The notes beneath the pieces are model-generated. The model had not been told where the DNA came from and did no database searches. It saw only the letters and a program-made list of their open reading frames with translations. Shown here one piece after another: positions 38,901 to 53,900 of a stretch of DNA of 64,000 nucleotides. Source of the stretch: Tubiluchus corallicola (Eukaryota; Animalia; Priapulida); NCBI GenBank assembly GCA_030141605.1, contig JAQGDQ010000120.1:1-64000 (forward strand), in the 5' to 3' direction. How positions within the stretch are numbered: position 1 is the first letter of the stretch; each line of letters opens with the position of its first letter. Both the position numbers and the translations under genes were made by a program.

Positions 38901-41900
38901 GCAAGCTTCACGATACAGCACCGACCAGCTTGTTCAGGTAGGTGACCGTGAACAGTGGCCATTGTCTAATAGCACTAAGACTTGTCCAAGTTGAAATGAT
39001 GATCCTCTCTATTGACATTCTTTAGCTTCGTATGAAATGTTTATTGATCTTAATAAGTCAGTTTACTATTGTTAGTTTGCAGCAATTGTTAGGCTGTATG
39101 GCATAAAAGTTAGGCTTTTAATTTCACCGCAAAACTTACTATTTGGATGAAATATTAGTTGATGGTGCAGGTATTATTAGCATAGCGATATCGGATAGCA
39201 AAAGTGTTTGGGACTTTAATTATTTTGATACTTCATGCATAACTTTCAGTTGAAATAACTAAGTAGCACTTTCTTTATTTACATTTAGATTTACGAATTT
39301 CTTCTTTTTTGCACCCAAAATTCCAATCACAACGTTGTAACTGCATCATTGGAAACACTGCAGCAGTTACTGAAGTCTCCACCGCCATCACTGCTGTCCA
39401 TTCTTCTTACACCTAGCGGGATGACAGCATCACAAATAATGACTCGAGAACAAATTCAAAGATCTCGCTCTGGCAGTAAGGAGTTTTCCTCTTGTTGTAT
39501 TACAAGTTCACTTCATTATTCCTTTATATTTTATTCTGCTATGTGTTTTAACAGTTTTTTTTAATTGCTGTAATTGTTTTTAGTCTTTTTCGCAATTGCA
39601 CCTTGGCAAAGTGTAGGTTCTGACACTAATTTCATATATTTTCTTGGCCATTATTAACATTCAGACAATAGTTACTCATATTTTAACAGGTTCTGCATCT
39701 TTGTTACCATCACTTCCAGATGAAGAATCCTTACTTGAGGACGAGACACCTGAAGATAGGTAAGATGCAATGGCTTTGGCTAACATGCAGATATAATTTT
39801 AGTATGCTATTTATAGTTTGGGCTACCCCAGTATTGGTATTAATGCATAGTTTGATGATAGCAAATATCACTAACATTTTAAAAATACTAAGTGCTAGCA
39901 CATAATTAGATAATCTTGGATTATCTAAGACAAGTTTATTCTTAGATAATTATAGTTATAATTGTATTTTACATTAACATTTTAAGGGGTGTTATGAGAA
40001 TTCTGTGTGCAATATTATTATGACGACCTGCTAATGTTACAAAATTCATAAACTCACAAACAAACCAGAAGTGAATGATTAATTATTTTGTATAAATTTT
40101 ATTTGTATAAATGTTTAAAACTCTTTAGTGATTAGTGACATTTGTGAAAACATGGACTAAACATTTATGTGGTTGAGTGTCTTGAGACTGATCTGATGTC
40201 TTTACTTTCAGTGCCCCACGACTCGGTAGTGAAGAAGACAGTGCTGTTGGTACTTCTCTCTCACCTGAAGGAAGTGTGGATTTTACTTTGAGTCCTTCGG
40301 ATCCCGAACAGGACATGTCTTTACTGTCTGAAGTTTCTGCAGGGGTATGTTGATTTAGTAGGCGCCACTTAATAGACTCACTTTGGAATGGAAGCATTTC
40401 ATCCAAATTAAACGAATGAAACTATTAGCTGATGGGTGTAGTATAACGAGTATAGAAGTATGAGTCATCATTCTTCAGCTTATTATGCACTGCAAAAGCT
40501 TTTAAATGTTAGGGTTTTTTTACGCTTATACTTTATTTTTCAAAATTAACTCTGTGCTCTTAGTTCCTGTATAAGTAAAGTCGCAAAGAATACTGGCAGA
40601 TTACCGCTGCTGCATCGATGGCATAACAGCAACAGTTAACCGATTAAACATTCTGTGAAAAACAGCAAGAGCTTCAAAAGGAAACAGCTAGGCGTGTTTA
40701 AAAATTTAGGTTCCATAAATTCTTGGGCAACACGGTTAATTGCAATGGATGAGCAATGAATGCAGTACAAAAATGCTAGGCTAGGATATTAGCATATGAT
40801 AAATGTACCTGGCTTATAAACGAAATGGTACTTAACATGATTGTTTCTATGTATACTGTAGTGCGCAAAAGTGGAGAAAAAATAGTAAAAATAGTAAAAG
40901 CTCTTTGAGCATGCACAAGTGTCTTATTTTAAGTTCATTAAGCAAAAATGTTGAGTCAGTTATGTGGAGTTATTTGAGTGAATTGCCGACAGTTTTTATG
41001 TACATTTGAATAGGAGCAGCCTGTACCAGACATTTTTGAGTCAATTAGGCATCTGATTCTATTAACCGTGAGACTATTAAAGGATGCCCACTGTAATTTA
41101 GGTAATAACTAATTATTTGTATTTTTACTTGGGTGCTTTAAGCAGTTACTACAATCATGATTGAATGTTTGCTTTTTGTGATCTTGGAAATTGTAAATTA
41201 GTTTTTAAGGTAAACAAAACAGAGATGGGTGACTGATAAGAAACTGATTATGTGAGCATTTATATAGTTGCCTTGCAATACGTTGCTAACATTGATCCAG
41301 CTGATAACTGATCCAGATATGCTATTTAGGCTTTTATTATTGTAGCATCTAGCTTTTTAGTTAAGGAAAGTTAAGTAAAGGAAATAGGAATGTATTTGTA
41401 GCTTAACCTAGCCTTACAGCACATCAGACTGCCTAAAAGGTTGACTAACATCTGCAGCCAACTAAGAAATATAATTTATACCTGATTTAACAGAACTGTT
41501 GTTAGTATAATTACCAAGTTTTGCAAAAGAAAAAGAATTAATAAAGAATTGTCATTTTCAGCATCTTTAACCAACTAAGTATCACCTCCATGACTGCTAC
41601 TTTGATCATCTTCTAAGTCAAATTCATCATTACTACTGTTGTTGCAGTCAGCTTTGTCATTTCATAATCATCGTTGTCTTTATTATTACGTCATGCCTTC
41701 ATCACTTTTTTTGTATTATCATTAGCATAGTTAAGATTATTATTTTATATTGTTTGTAGGCCAACACCGAAGATGATGAGTACAGTAGCATGGAAATTGG
41801 ATACTGCCAGGACAGTCCACTTACAGATCTTCCTGCTAGGGTTACAGGTAAAATTATACCATGAAAGAGAAATATTGAGATAATTATTAATTAAGTCCAT

Positions 41901-44900
41901 TGGTTGAGCCAAATGAAATTGCTTTACCTATAAATTTAGCTAGAGTAAGTCAATATTAATGTGCGGTGAAGGTCAGCTTTCGGTTTATTAGTCAATCTTG
42001 ATACCAATGAAAATGTTTCAGTCAGCCAATTCATTCAGTTTTTTGTTGTTGTGCAGATTTGCCCTTAGGTGTGTTGAAGCGTGTCGTGACCCTAAGCCAG
42101 GAGGAACTGTCCGTGGAAGGGGGTGATGATGACATTGCAACCAGCCGTGGAACTTCTCCAAATTTTACATCACCTACCACACAGGTTAGTGGGTTGATAT
42201 AGTTAGTGTTGCCCTAACTGCTTTGGACTACAATAAAGTTGAAACATTTGTAGGATTCTGTACTTCCCTGTGTAAGCCTTGGTAATTGTCTTGTTGTATC
42301 CATGTTGTTATTGTTTTTGTATTTGTTCACATTTAGGTAGAGTTTCGCGCTGGCAACATTGGGTCATTCGGCGATGACCAAGTACCATTGGCATTTTGTG
42401 TTCGTCACTTATCGAGCTTATTTTTGCTTACTGGCTACCCCGGTGCTACGTGTCCAGATAGGCATGTTCGAGTCAGTGTCAAATCGCTAGCTCTGTCTTG
42501 TATAGGAGCAGCAGTGTCGCTATATCCTGATGCGTTCTACCAAACGCTGTACATACATGAGACAGATGAAGTGCAAGGTAAGACAACATTTGAGTGTTTT
42601 CATTAGGCATTATATTAATTATTTACTCTTGAAAGGCATATTAGAGTATGACAAATTTATTTCAGTATTATTACTTTGTGGATGCATTATAATCATAAGA
42701 CTGATACAGAAAGCATAAGGCTTTTGTTAACAAGGAATTGAACTCAGATGTGCTGCTGCTAGCATATGGAACTAAGCACTGTAAGAATTACATTAGAAGA
42801 GATTAGTTTGTGGGGTACTTGATGGTTAACTGTTTATTTTTAAGCTGTTCCCAACACCAGTATGATACATGAACATATAACCACATTTGACCGACAGTCA
42901 ATTTCTTTTTCTTTTTATTGACTAAATACTTTGAAAATTGGAAGTGCTGCCAGTTTGCCAGCCTTCCTGATTCACTTTTTTACCTCTTTGCCATTTATTG
43001 TGGTTCACGACTTCACTTTCTTGGTGTAGAACGTGTCATAAATATCTGTAATAACCCACACTACCATATTAATTCCGTTTTTGTACATTATTATTTAGAT
43101 GACGTGCAATATATAGATGACATATTACTATTTGCTAATCATACAGATCCACAGCTGAGCGGTAACACGGCTCTGTTAATAGGAAATCTACTGTGTGCTC
43201 AGCTGACAGCATCTCATCTAACTGCTTTTCAAACAAAAATAGGTAAGTTAACGATTATCTGTTTTGAATCTAAGAGTGAGAAACATGTTTAGTCAAGGAA
43301 TAGTTGATTACCAAAATTCTAGGCATTTCCACTGGTTAAATTTTCTGAGTTTGCCTCTGGCTATTTCCTTCTTTGAGAGACAGTTATGTGCACTGGAGCA
43401 GGAATACAGTTAGCCTTCGCTTAACGATGCAATGCGTTCCAGGAAAATGTGACTTTAAACAAAACGTCATTAAACAATACCAAAAATTCCATTGAAAGTA
43501 ATTTAAAAGAATTCAGATATGTTCCAGCGGCAAAAATCACTGCTACTTAATACATATAAATTAAAGGTTTTATGAGCTTTATTCATATTTCTACTGATTA
43601 ATTCCACTCTGCTTGCTTGAAACTACTTTTCTTACCAATATCTAACTAGTGATTTCTCTTTTGTTAACATTCAATCCCTAGCTACGCAGTTAGCAGTTGA
43701 ACACTGCATAGTGAAAGCCAAGCCCCGGGGAGGTTTTGAGACAATTTTGTCTAGATACTGGTTGCTATAGCAACATGTTGGTATAGAAATGGCTAGCATT
43801 TGACAGTCATTCGAGAAGCAAAACCTACATAATGGATGCACTGTTTTATGTAATTAATGCATTTTAGAATAGAAGAATGCAATAATATTGATGTTCTGTT
43901 TTAGTGCTTCAAATTAGGTCAAAATGTTGTTGATAAAATAAAAAATGGTTTTGAGCAAAGTAAAAAATCATCATTAAAATGAAAAATGTGTCGTTGCAGT
44001 GAGAAAGTGAGAAAAACTGTTAAATGCTTAACATCATCAAAATGAAACGTCACTATATGGGGAGACGTTAAGCGAGGACTCTGCCTCTGCCAGTTTAATG
44101 TCTCATCTAAGAGGATTGACTGTGCTTATTAGCTAGATTCCGAGTTGCATCTTCTATTTAGCACAAGTAATAGGCCCTGCTGCTGAGTGTCATTTTCTAA
44201 TTTACATTGTACCAAATTGTATAAAAAGACAATAGTCTGTAATTACTTGCTTATTTTTTTCAAACATCTTGTTAGATTTATACAGTTTTTAATTAACTTC
44301 ATTCCTTTCTTCGTACTCTGTAAATGTAACTGTCACCTCTGCAAAATGGACAAATTGATTGTATCTGTAGTATTTCATTGTTGATGTCGCTTTTAATACT
44401 GGATGATTTTGAAATCGATTGTATCTGTAGCTTTTCATTGTTGATGTCGCTTTTAATATTGGATGATTTTGAAATTGATTGTATCTGTAGCTTTTCATTG
44501 TTGATCGCTTTTAATATTGGATGATTTTGAAATTGATTGTATCTGTAGCTTTTCATTGTTGATGTCGCTTTTAATATTGGATGATTTTGAAGATTAGATA
44601 CAAAATCTAGGTTTTTTCAGTTACCAAATTTGTAAATGGTGCACAGTCTTTCATATTACAAAAACATAATGGCCTGTTACTACTGGGATTTCCATTGGTA
44701 ACATGCCAAAATATTGTCTTCGTATATTTTACTTTTCTTTTGCAGGGAAAACCTCAGTGGAAAGCTTAGTAAAATACCTCCTCCTTGTATTGAATCAAGA
44801 TTCCAGTGTTGCTATACGCCACACTCTAGTCGCTCTAGGTTCATGTCTACCATTGTTATTTAACAGTATATACAGTCAGCAGGGATTAAAGATCGCTAGA

Positions 44901-47900
44901 GAACTTCTGCCTTTAGTGAATAACTCTTATTGGCTTGTAAAGGTTGGTTGTGCTTCATGATTTTTTCAGCAGTATTCCTTCAGGATTTGACTTGATTGTG
45001 CATTTTATATTTTTTCAAACTATATATATAAACAGTGGCAGCTTGCGTTAATTAACAGTTTTTGACACTCTGTCATCGCTAACAGTAGTCGGTAGTGTTG
45101 TTAGAATGAGGGATAAACTAAGAGTGATTTAGGATGAACACAAGGTTACTTAAATTCCTTAAAATCCAAGTTGTTGTCTGTCCTTTTAATTTACACAAAA
45201 CCTCAGTCATTCAGTCTGTTCTTCTTGTTGCAATTCTTCAAATTGTAGTTTGATTCCCATAGTTATTTTCCATAAAGTTGGTTGGCTGTTACTTGCAAAT
45301 AACTGTTTTCTTAATTTGATTGCTTGCACAATGTTTTCAGGTTGAATTGGTTGAAGTTTTATCAAACATCGATTATAGCATTATCAGCTACATAGAAGCC
45401 AGTGAAAATTCTTTCTTCTTATCTAGACCGGTTAGTGTTATCACAGTTCTTAAATCAACAGAAATAACTCAGTCTTAGAGGGATTGTGTTTGCTAAACAA
45501 ATTTGAAAAAATGAATTACCAACCAAATGCATCATTTTCTGCATTCCCCACTTCCTACAGAGCACTTAGTGCTTCATTTCATATTACTTTGTTTTGTTTT
45601 GTTGTCAGGTACCTTACCAGGAAAAGGTTTTGCATGATGTTATGATTCCAGTACTTGGTGATGAAGATGCTCGAGTTCGACAAGCAGCAGCAACAGCTAT
45701 AGTGAAGTATGAAAATATAAAAATTCTTCAAACTTGAATATTGTAAAACTATATCATGGAAAATTGCTTTATTTTGCAAACAGATTTAACTAGCCTGGGC
45801 TAAGTGGTGAAACTGTTCATCAGTTTGCTACTGTGCGAATGTATGATGCCCCTATTCTGTTTTTTGCAAAATTTTTGGTCAAAATGTGCTACATTGTGAA
45901 TGATTGTCCAATTTACGCATTGTGATTAATACCACTGAAACTTTGCAAGTGGGGGGTATAGCTAAACCACAAAGAAAGGTCAACTGCTAGCTACAGATGT
46001 GCTTATTTTGTTTGGTGGTTATTTATTTTTTTTATTTGTGAATTTTCTTAAAATTTAGCCTCAAACTTTTTCATTGAGGAAAGCACTAAAGTAGGAAGAA
46101 ATGATAGATAATAGAGACATATTTGTAAAGCATTAATAAACATAGTGGTATGAGCTTGTCTTCAGAACCTTCTAACAGCTCTGAGTGATGCCAAGTGCAG
46201 CGGCCTATTGTTCTTAATTAAACAATTCACAGTAGCAAATTACTCAAGAAAAGGCTAACATAACATAATGCACCTCAGTACAAAGAATCTTATATATTTA
46301 TAATATTCTTTATTGCAGTTATGGCAGACAAAATGCACAATGCAAAATACATAATACATAAAATTTTTGGGTACAATCAGTCAGAGGACTGATGAATAAA
46401 ATAGTTTATTGCACTAAATCTGCTTTGAAAATTCATTCTTCAATTCTGCATAAATTCTCACACTGATAAATACTTGATACTGCATAACAAAATCAAAAAT
46501 CACTTTTATGCCACACAAAAAAGAAGCAAAAAACATTGCAACATCTGCAAATTTTGTGATGTATGACAAATCTACAATTAAGAAGATCCAAATTAACTCT
46601 ACAAAGGAACTCATACAAATCTAATTATTTACGTGTTTACGGAATACATTAGTACATTACGATTAACTAAACAATACAACATAACATTTACGCAATCTTA
46701 ATCACAAGTTTAGTTAAAACATTGTTATAATTTTAGTTTGCCATGCCATAACCATCATAAGTTTACCACAGTGAGATTATGTGATCATTATTAGTTTTGC
46801 ATGTGATTTTAACCCCCTTATTCACAGTTTTTTTTTAGTTTCTTAAAAGAATATTTCGTAGTTCTGTTTTAAAGCATTTAACATTACCTGCTTATTTTAT
46901 AGTAAATGGGCCTGAATTCTAGATACTGTTTATCATATCATATCAAAAATGGTATTGCTAAGAATATTCAATGCGTACTGTCTTTACAATAACAACTATT
47001 TTCTTGTTTTCTCAGGCTTGTGCCGAGATTGTTCAACCCAGTTGACTGTCCTGAGCACGATCCAATCACAACAAAAGCACGTGACCTCACTTGTGAATAC
47101 CTTAACTCCCTTATGCTTGATGTGGACTCCAGTCTGCACTCAAGTGTTCATGGCCTTGCTGGACCATATGATCTGAACGGTGGTACTACCTACAGTACAG
47201 GATTAGAATCGTCATTGTCCCGTGTGGTTCATGCGCTTATGCAAAGTTTGATTCAGTCTTCGTCAAAATATCAGACCGTAAGTTGATTGCAGTACTGTGA
47301 TCTTGCTTTTTTATCTACTAAGGATACGTAACAATTGTATTTTATAAAGGCTTTTCTGGTGCTATAGCTTATGAATGTTTTAGATTCATCCTTGCTTTGA
47401 TAGATATGATTTTATACAAACTAAAACTTCAGTCATTCTCTGACAACACCACTAGTTTGCCATTAAGTATATATATAATTTTCGGTTATGCCTGGCAACC
47501 TCACTTGAATTATTAGTGTTGTGATATTGCTACATAATCATATTTATTCCACAAATCTCTTATCCTAAAAATCCACAACATAGTGACACTGCTCCATTTT
47601 TTTTAGTTTGGGTGTATAAATGCCCTCTGGTTACTTTCGGAGGAGTACCGAGTTCCTAAGTTTTCCGCTGCATGGAGCTGTTCCACTACATTTGTGTCTT
47701 CAACCCAAGACGAGTTGAGCATAAATGCAAAACACAATTCAGCAAATCAAGCAATGCGGACAGGGTTAGTAACTGAATTTTGTAACACAATGACTGCTTA
47801 TGGAAGATAAGAAGTGCTGCAAATTCTTGTTTCCTTTTATATTATTAAGATTCTTTTATAGAAAAATAAGTGCTTATTCACTTGGTAGTGTTTCTTTTAT

Positions 47901-50900
47901 TGCATAGTTTATCTGGGAAAGATGCTGCAAAAATACCTCTCTTAGAAATGGGTTCCGGTGCCAGTGGAGGGCCTTTAGGTCTTATTTTGAATGTACTCGT
48001 ATCAACAACGGCTCTGCTAGATCTAGCTGTTCACCAACAAGCACTGCGGCTAGCTGGAAACCTTTTTGCTGGTAGGTGAATGCTTTTTAATTTAAACACA
48101 GTAACTGTGATTTATTTATTATAACTAGCCACTTCCCATGTATCACTGATGACAATATATTAATTTTTATTGTGTGTAGCTTGTGTGTGAGGCTTGTATG
48201 TATGACTTAGTCTTGATGCAAGATGCACAGTTTTCATTTTAATAATTGTGTGGGCATCATACCAAAAATCAAATGTTTAAGCGTTTCTCATTCATGCCAT
48301 ATTTGAATGTTGGTTTATTTTTAAGCTTGTCTTATAATCATTCTAATGCATTATTTAAATATTTTTGATTGTTGATATTATTTTGCTTAGCTTCAAGTTG
48401 CAAAGTTAAGTTGTTACTGCTTACTAATGTGTCACCTCACATTACCTTTGTGGAATGTGGTGGCTCTGTATTTGAAAGCGTAACCATGATGATTTGTGAA
48501 CATGTTGTGCGGATTTTTTAGCCAAGTGTCTGGCATGTATGACAGTGTGTTTGCATTGTCCTCAGCAACCTCTGAATGCACTTAAGATGAGAATGTTCAC
48601 AAACGTACTCACTCATCAAGGGAATGCCATGTTATGTAAACTGCCATAATACCTCTAATATAATTTTATGTATGAAACGACCAGTGGAACACATGAATGG
48701 TTTATTCATTTTGATATATACTATGTTGAATTATTCTTGCAATCCGGAAGTAGCAGGTTTTCTGTTTTAGGTGCAGCTTATAAATTCATGAAATTGGAAG
48801 AGGATCGTCTAGATAGTGAGCCATGGTGCATGCTTGATGACCGCATTGTTGCTGGATATGCCGATCAACTTCTACTTCACTTAGCAAGGTATACTAGACA
48901 CATGGGATTGACTAAATCCCCATTTTACCTTCATCTTACAGAGGAAAAATTACTCTCAATTGTTTCAAGTCTCTTCTTTTTCCATCTTGTTATTTGAAAA
49001 TTTCTTGGTTAAAGAAGAAGGCAAAGTGGCAGTGGATGAGAAATGTACAGTAACCTTTATTTAGTTTGCCTTGGATTATGTGCTCTGCAGAATCTGCAAT
49101 CACCTTTACCTAGTGTTTACCTAGTCTAATTTTTGTTGGTATGCTTTTGACAGCAAATTCTATTACAAACTGAGTAGCAACCTAATATTTTATAATAGAA
49201 GCAATTGACCAAGTATATCAACCATTTATTCTTGTTTGCTTACGACAGGTTACTTAGTATCTGTATGCATGTGATAGAGGGAATAACACCTGGACCTCCA
49301 TCGACAAAACCTGCTCTTCCTTCTCTTCCTAATCCTCCGTCGCTTAGTCCCATCAAACGGAAAACCACTAAGAAAGATAAGGATGAAAAAGATAAAGAGA
49401 AGGAAAAGGAAAAAGAAAAAGACTCTGGACAAAAAGTAAAAGATGGAGAGAAAGGTATTTTCAGTTGCATTGTATGGCTTTCGTAAGCTACATGTTCTAC
49501 CTTATCTTGAGATTTTTCCTCTGGTAAAAATGATATACTGTAACTTGATGTTCTTATAATAAACATTAGCTTTGCAACTTTTCAGCCACGTATTTTGGTC
49601 ACTATCATACAATTAAAGCTTAAAGTTAGAAACATTCTAAAAGCAGTATTCTAAAATTAACATGAGTCTTTTCACAGTTCCAGTGATTGATGACCAGTTG
49701 TGAAAAGGTCAAAGGTTAAGTGTACCAGACGACACATTTGTGTACACTTAACAATGCCTCGCATCCCCTGGTATTGTAACAGTCCTAATATGTTTTAAAA
49801 GCTAGCTAAAATCTTACATAGTTCATGCTTTCTTGTTCCTAAGCAAGATCCTGCTAGTAAATCATTCTACGCACAGACTAATGCAATATTAAGTAAAGAC
49901 CACGTAAAACAACTGATGTAGCACACGGCTTTGCTTTTCCCGCACGTCGTGTGACGGTTATAATTGAGACGCATTGCTTTGGTACACTTAACCTATGACC
50001 TAGTGAAACTGCACGTGTGCATAACGAAACTGTGAAAAGGCTTATTCTAAAACTAAGCATCTTATATCACTGCACATTGAAAATGACAATAGCTTTACAG
50101 AATCCCATTGTTTTCCAGCTCTGGTTTTAGGCTTTTATGTATTTAGGTTTACAAGCATTCGAATCTGGTTTGCACTTTTGAACAATCGAGAAAGTACATT
50201 CTCTAAAATGAACACCAACTACTGAATTTTGGTGTAGTAATATTTCTGATGTAAATAAAAAGTGGTGTAACCCCATAGCAATTTGCACAATCGCAGCATC
50301 TAAAACAATCACTGGTAATGATAAAATCACCAACTCAGGCTTTTTTCCATTTGATCCAAAATAATACCCCAGCTTTCGACTTACAAACACTGAGTAATTT
50401 GTACCTCGATTCTTTTGCCTTCAACGTTGATCTATCTAATCTTGTATCTTGATAGGGCAAAACGACTGAAACTCGCTCTTCTGCATCCCATTTCATTCAC
50501 CGGAGTGTCCATCTTAGCGTTGGAATTGAAATTGAAAAAGTGTCCTAATTGAAATTTGTGTATATGACTTTCATCTTATTAACACACAAGACACTGTTAT
50601 TTCCTTTGTCCATGGTAACTGAAACATATGGATGTGCAGTATTTAAATGGTCTGACACAGCTTCAGCCTCATTTTTGCAACAGTATCATCCATGTAACTC
50701 CCGTAAAAATCAGGAAACCAATCTTGTTCTTGGCAGAAAGTATTTTCTAATTTTGTCATAAAGCCAATATGTCAATAGCCCTATTCTTGACCAAACATCA
50801 ATACATAGCTAGATGTAAATTAATTTTTGTAACACTGACAGCTACATCGTGGGTATTAGTTTATGTAAAAAGCATTAACGCTTATGGAAACAAAAAGTAG

Positions 50901-53900
50901 TTTGGATTGGTATTTGGAATCCTAAGCGGCTCAAGTTGGTCATGCTTCATTGCATTTTCTTACCTCGACTGGCATTAGTCTTTTTTATTGCCAGCAGATT
51001 ACAAAGCACTAATATTTCAGCTACAGAAAAATCAGAAACACCAAAAGAGAAAAAGGAAGAGAAGGAAAAACAGCAGAAGCAAACTGTGGGATCATTTTAC
51101 AACATTCCTTGTTACATGAACTTGCATGATGTTATGAAAGGTGCATTCAGCAATTATAAGGTTTGTTGCAGCTTTAAATTACATTTTATTGAGAAGTAGT
51201 TGTAGCTGTTTAAGATTTTTATATTTTACTTAATAACCTGTATCTGTGGTTTAATAAAAAATAAACAGTATTTATAGTTGTTAGCATGTAAAACAGTGGT
51301 GTTGCATGATGTGCTAGTAATAATTAATTACGACATTTTTGATAACAATCGTGAGCATCATCGCATTCACCAATTTGAATAAATTACTGTACTATGTACT
51401 TAGTGAACAAAATTTGAGAAATAGGTGTGCAGTTTGTTTTTAGAAGTAGAATCTAGATAAACTCTAAGGTAAAAAATGAGGAACAGTTAAAGCTAAATCG
51501 CTTGTTCCTTATACGGCTTCATATGTAGTTGGCTGTGGTAACTGCCTGTTGTTCTTAATAAAATATTATAGTACCTTAATAAGATAAGGTAGTGATATTA
51601 CCTTTTTTAAAAATGTATAAACAGTATACAGGGGCATCATTTCAATCCTTAAAGCTTTTCAATTTTTTTTACATATGGTAAAATTTGAATTTTCAAATTC
51701 AAGAGTTATGGAGCTACTAAACATGTTTGTATTTTTATCCCATATTTCAGGTGTCTCTCGAGTTAAATGCTATCGACAGATTTGGATCCATGCTCAAAGC
51801 AACACTGGACACACTGTCTACGCTACTGGAAATAGCTGGAATTAAAGAAATGGGCAAAGTTGCAGAAGAATTACTGACTTACTTAAAAACAACGGTTGGA
51901 GTTGAACCTACAGCTACAGTCGTCTGTGTTCAGCAGGTTATTGTAGAACTTGTCTGTGAGCCTTACAGTGTATAATTTAATTTAAAAAACTTTGTTATGA
52001 AAACGTAGCACAAAAACTACTTGCTTTAACAAAATCCAAGTTTTATTTTCTGGTTTATATGCACAGAGCATAACATTTCTGTAATAAAAACAATAAAACT
52101 TTGCTTTGAAATGGCTGACCTTCTATGAGCAGTCTGCTGCTAATGAACTAGCAGTGGTTTAAAAATTGCATTCATTGTGAATTTTATTTCTTTCTCAATG
52201 AACTTTTTTTGCTTTCTTTTCTTCTGTTTTTCTCTCTTATCCCTTTGTTTGATTTCTTCTCTTTTTTGTTTTCATAAATGATCCATTGGTGCTGTTATGT
52301 ATGAATAAGTATAATTTCAGTAGTTTAGAATTTAAATATTGTCCTACCTGAATTGTGACATGCATTTAGTAGTCATGTCTAAAAAAGAAAAAAACTTTTT
52401 GCTAGTCAAATCACTAAATCACCAAAATTTTTTGGAAAAACTAAATTAACTATGAAGAATATAATGTTTTGGCCCACATTAGGGGATTAGGGGATGGCTA
52501 ACTACTGATGGGGCATGATCAGCATTTTTTGGTAATGTGCCAATCAGCTTTGCTATTCACACCTCACAGATGTTACCCACAAAACTTCATTGTTGAAACT
52601 TCATCATTTATAATTTGTAACGATGGTGTGAAATAGTAGTGCAACAAAACAACTTGAATGATTAAAATTTCCTTTGGGATTGAAATGTTTAACCTACTGT
52701 ATATACTGCGGATGCCATTTGAGTGTGGGATCTCATCGGGAGGGCAATTGAATGAAGTATAGTTGCTCCGTGCAATAGGCAAATCATTTCAAACATTCTG
52801 CTGTAAGTTTTGGATATTTTATTTTTACATTTTCTTATAAATTGGACAATTTTCATGGTGTCAATAGTTTGCCAAAAATTAATAATGACCATCTTATTAG
52901 AATTTGTCACCGATCACAACTCCACACACCACTGATCAGTTCAGCCCATGACTGTGGTTAACTGCTAACCTCACCTTATTGAAAATATATTTTTTCAGCT
53001 ATTAAAGTCACTGTTTGGGACAAACTTATCCAGCCATTGGAGTACAGGCCTCCAGGTGAATCCATCTAGGAAACCAGGCAAGGTGACCAGACTGTTGTCA
53101 GTGAAACCAGGTCTTTATCACTGCTGCTTCACGGCTCCCTACACTCAGTTTACACAGAATTTGATGATGTCCGGCAGCCGATCACCTGGTCAGAATGATG
53201 GGAATGTGTCACCTGAGTAAGTTGACAGTGTAATTTGTAAAATGATGGTACATAATGAATAGGGTTGCGTGGTACTTTGTAAAAACTAGTGTGATTTGGC
53301 TTTTCTTTTTTCTTTCTGATAATTACGAAGAAGGAAACTGTATTTCTAGCTTTCATAAACATACCAGTTTAACAACGTCTATCATCTTCTTCATTAGTGT
53401 AATGAGCATGTACTTCAGATATACATTCTGAATTCAATTCTAGCTTAAGTATGTCGTGAAGTAATTTAATATATACACGCCTCCTTTGTAATGCTTGAAT
53501 GTGATATAAAGTACAAGTTCTGTGAAGCATTTGAATTTAACTGATTTGAGGTTATCATATTACTGTCCTTTTTGTCACCACTGGCGGTTTAATTCAGATC
53601 CTAGAGTTTTTTAAACGCTTTTCTGTTAGTAAATATATATGCATGTGAGTGTGTACTTGGTTACATCACTCGCCTTGCATGACGTAAAACATACACTTGC
53701 AATACTAATCATACATTATCTCTGCTGCTAGTTGGCTTGGATGGATGAAGCACAAATTGCACAAGAAAATGCCAACTGTTTTCAAACCTGGAAACCGAGA
53801 AAAAGCCGGACCGATAGCTTCCTATATCCGCCTTTTTGAACCCCTTGTAATTAAAGCGCTGAAGCTTTACACAATAACAAGCTCTATAGACCTGCAAATT

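Noticed and set aside
44289-44556. Repetitive minus-strand ORFs
   Set aside because: Products of the 60-bp minisatellite.
48450-48655. Possible SINE in HTT intron
   Set aside because: Only a vague A-box-like start; too decayed to support a call.
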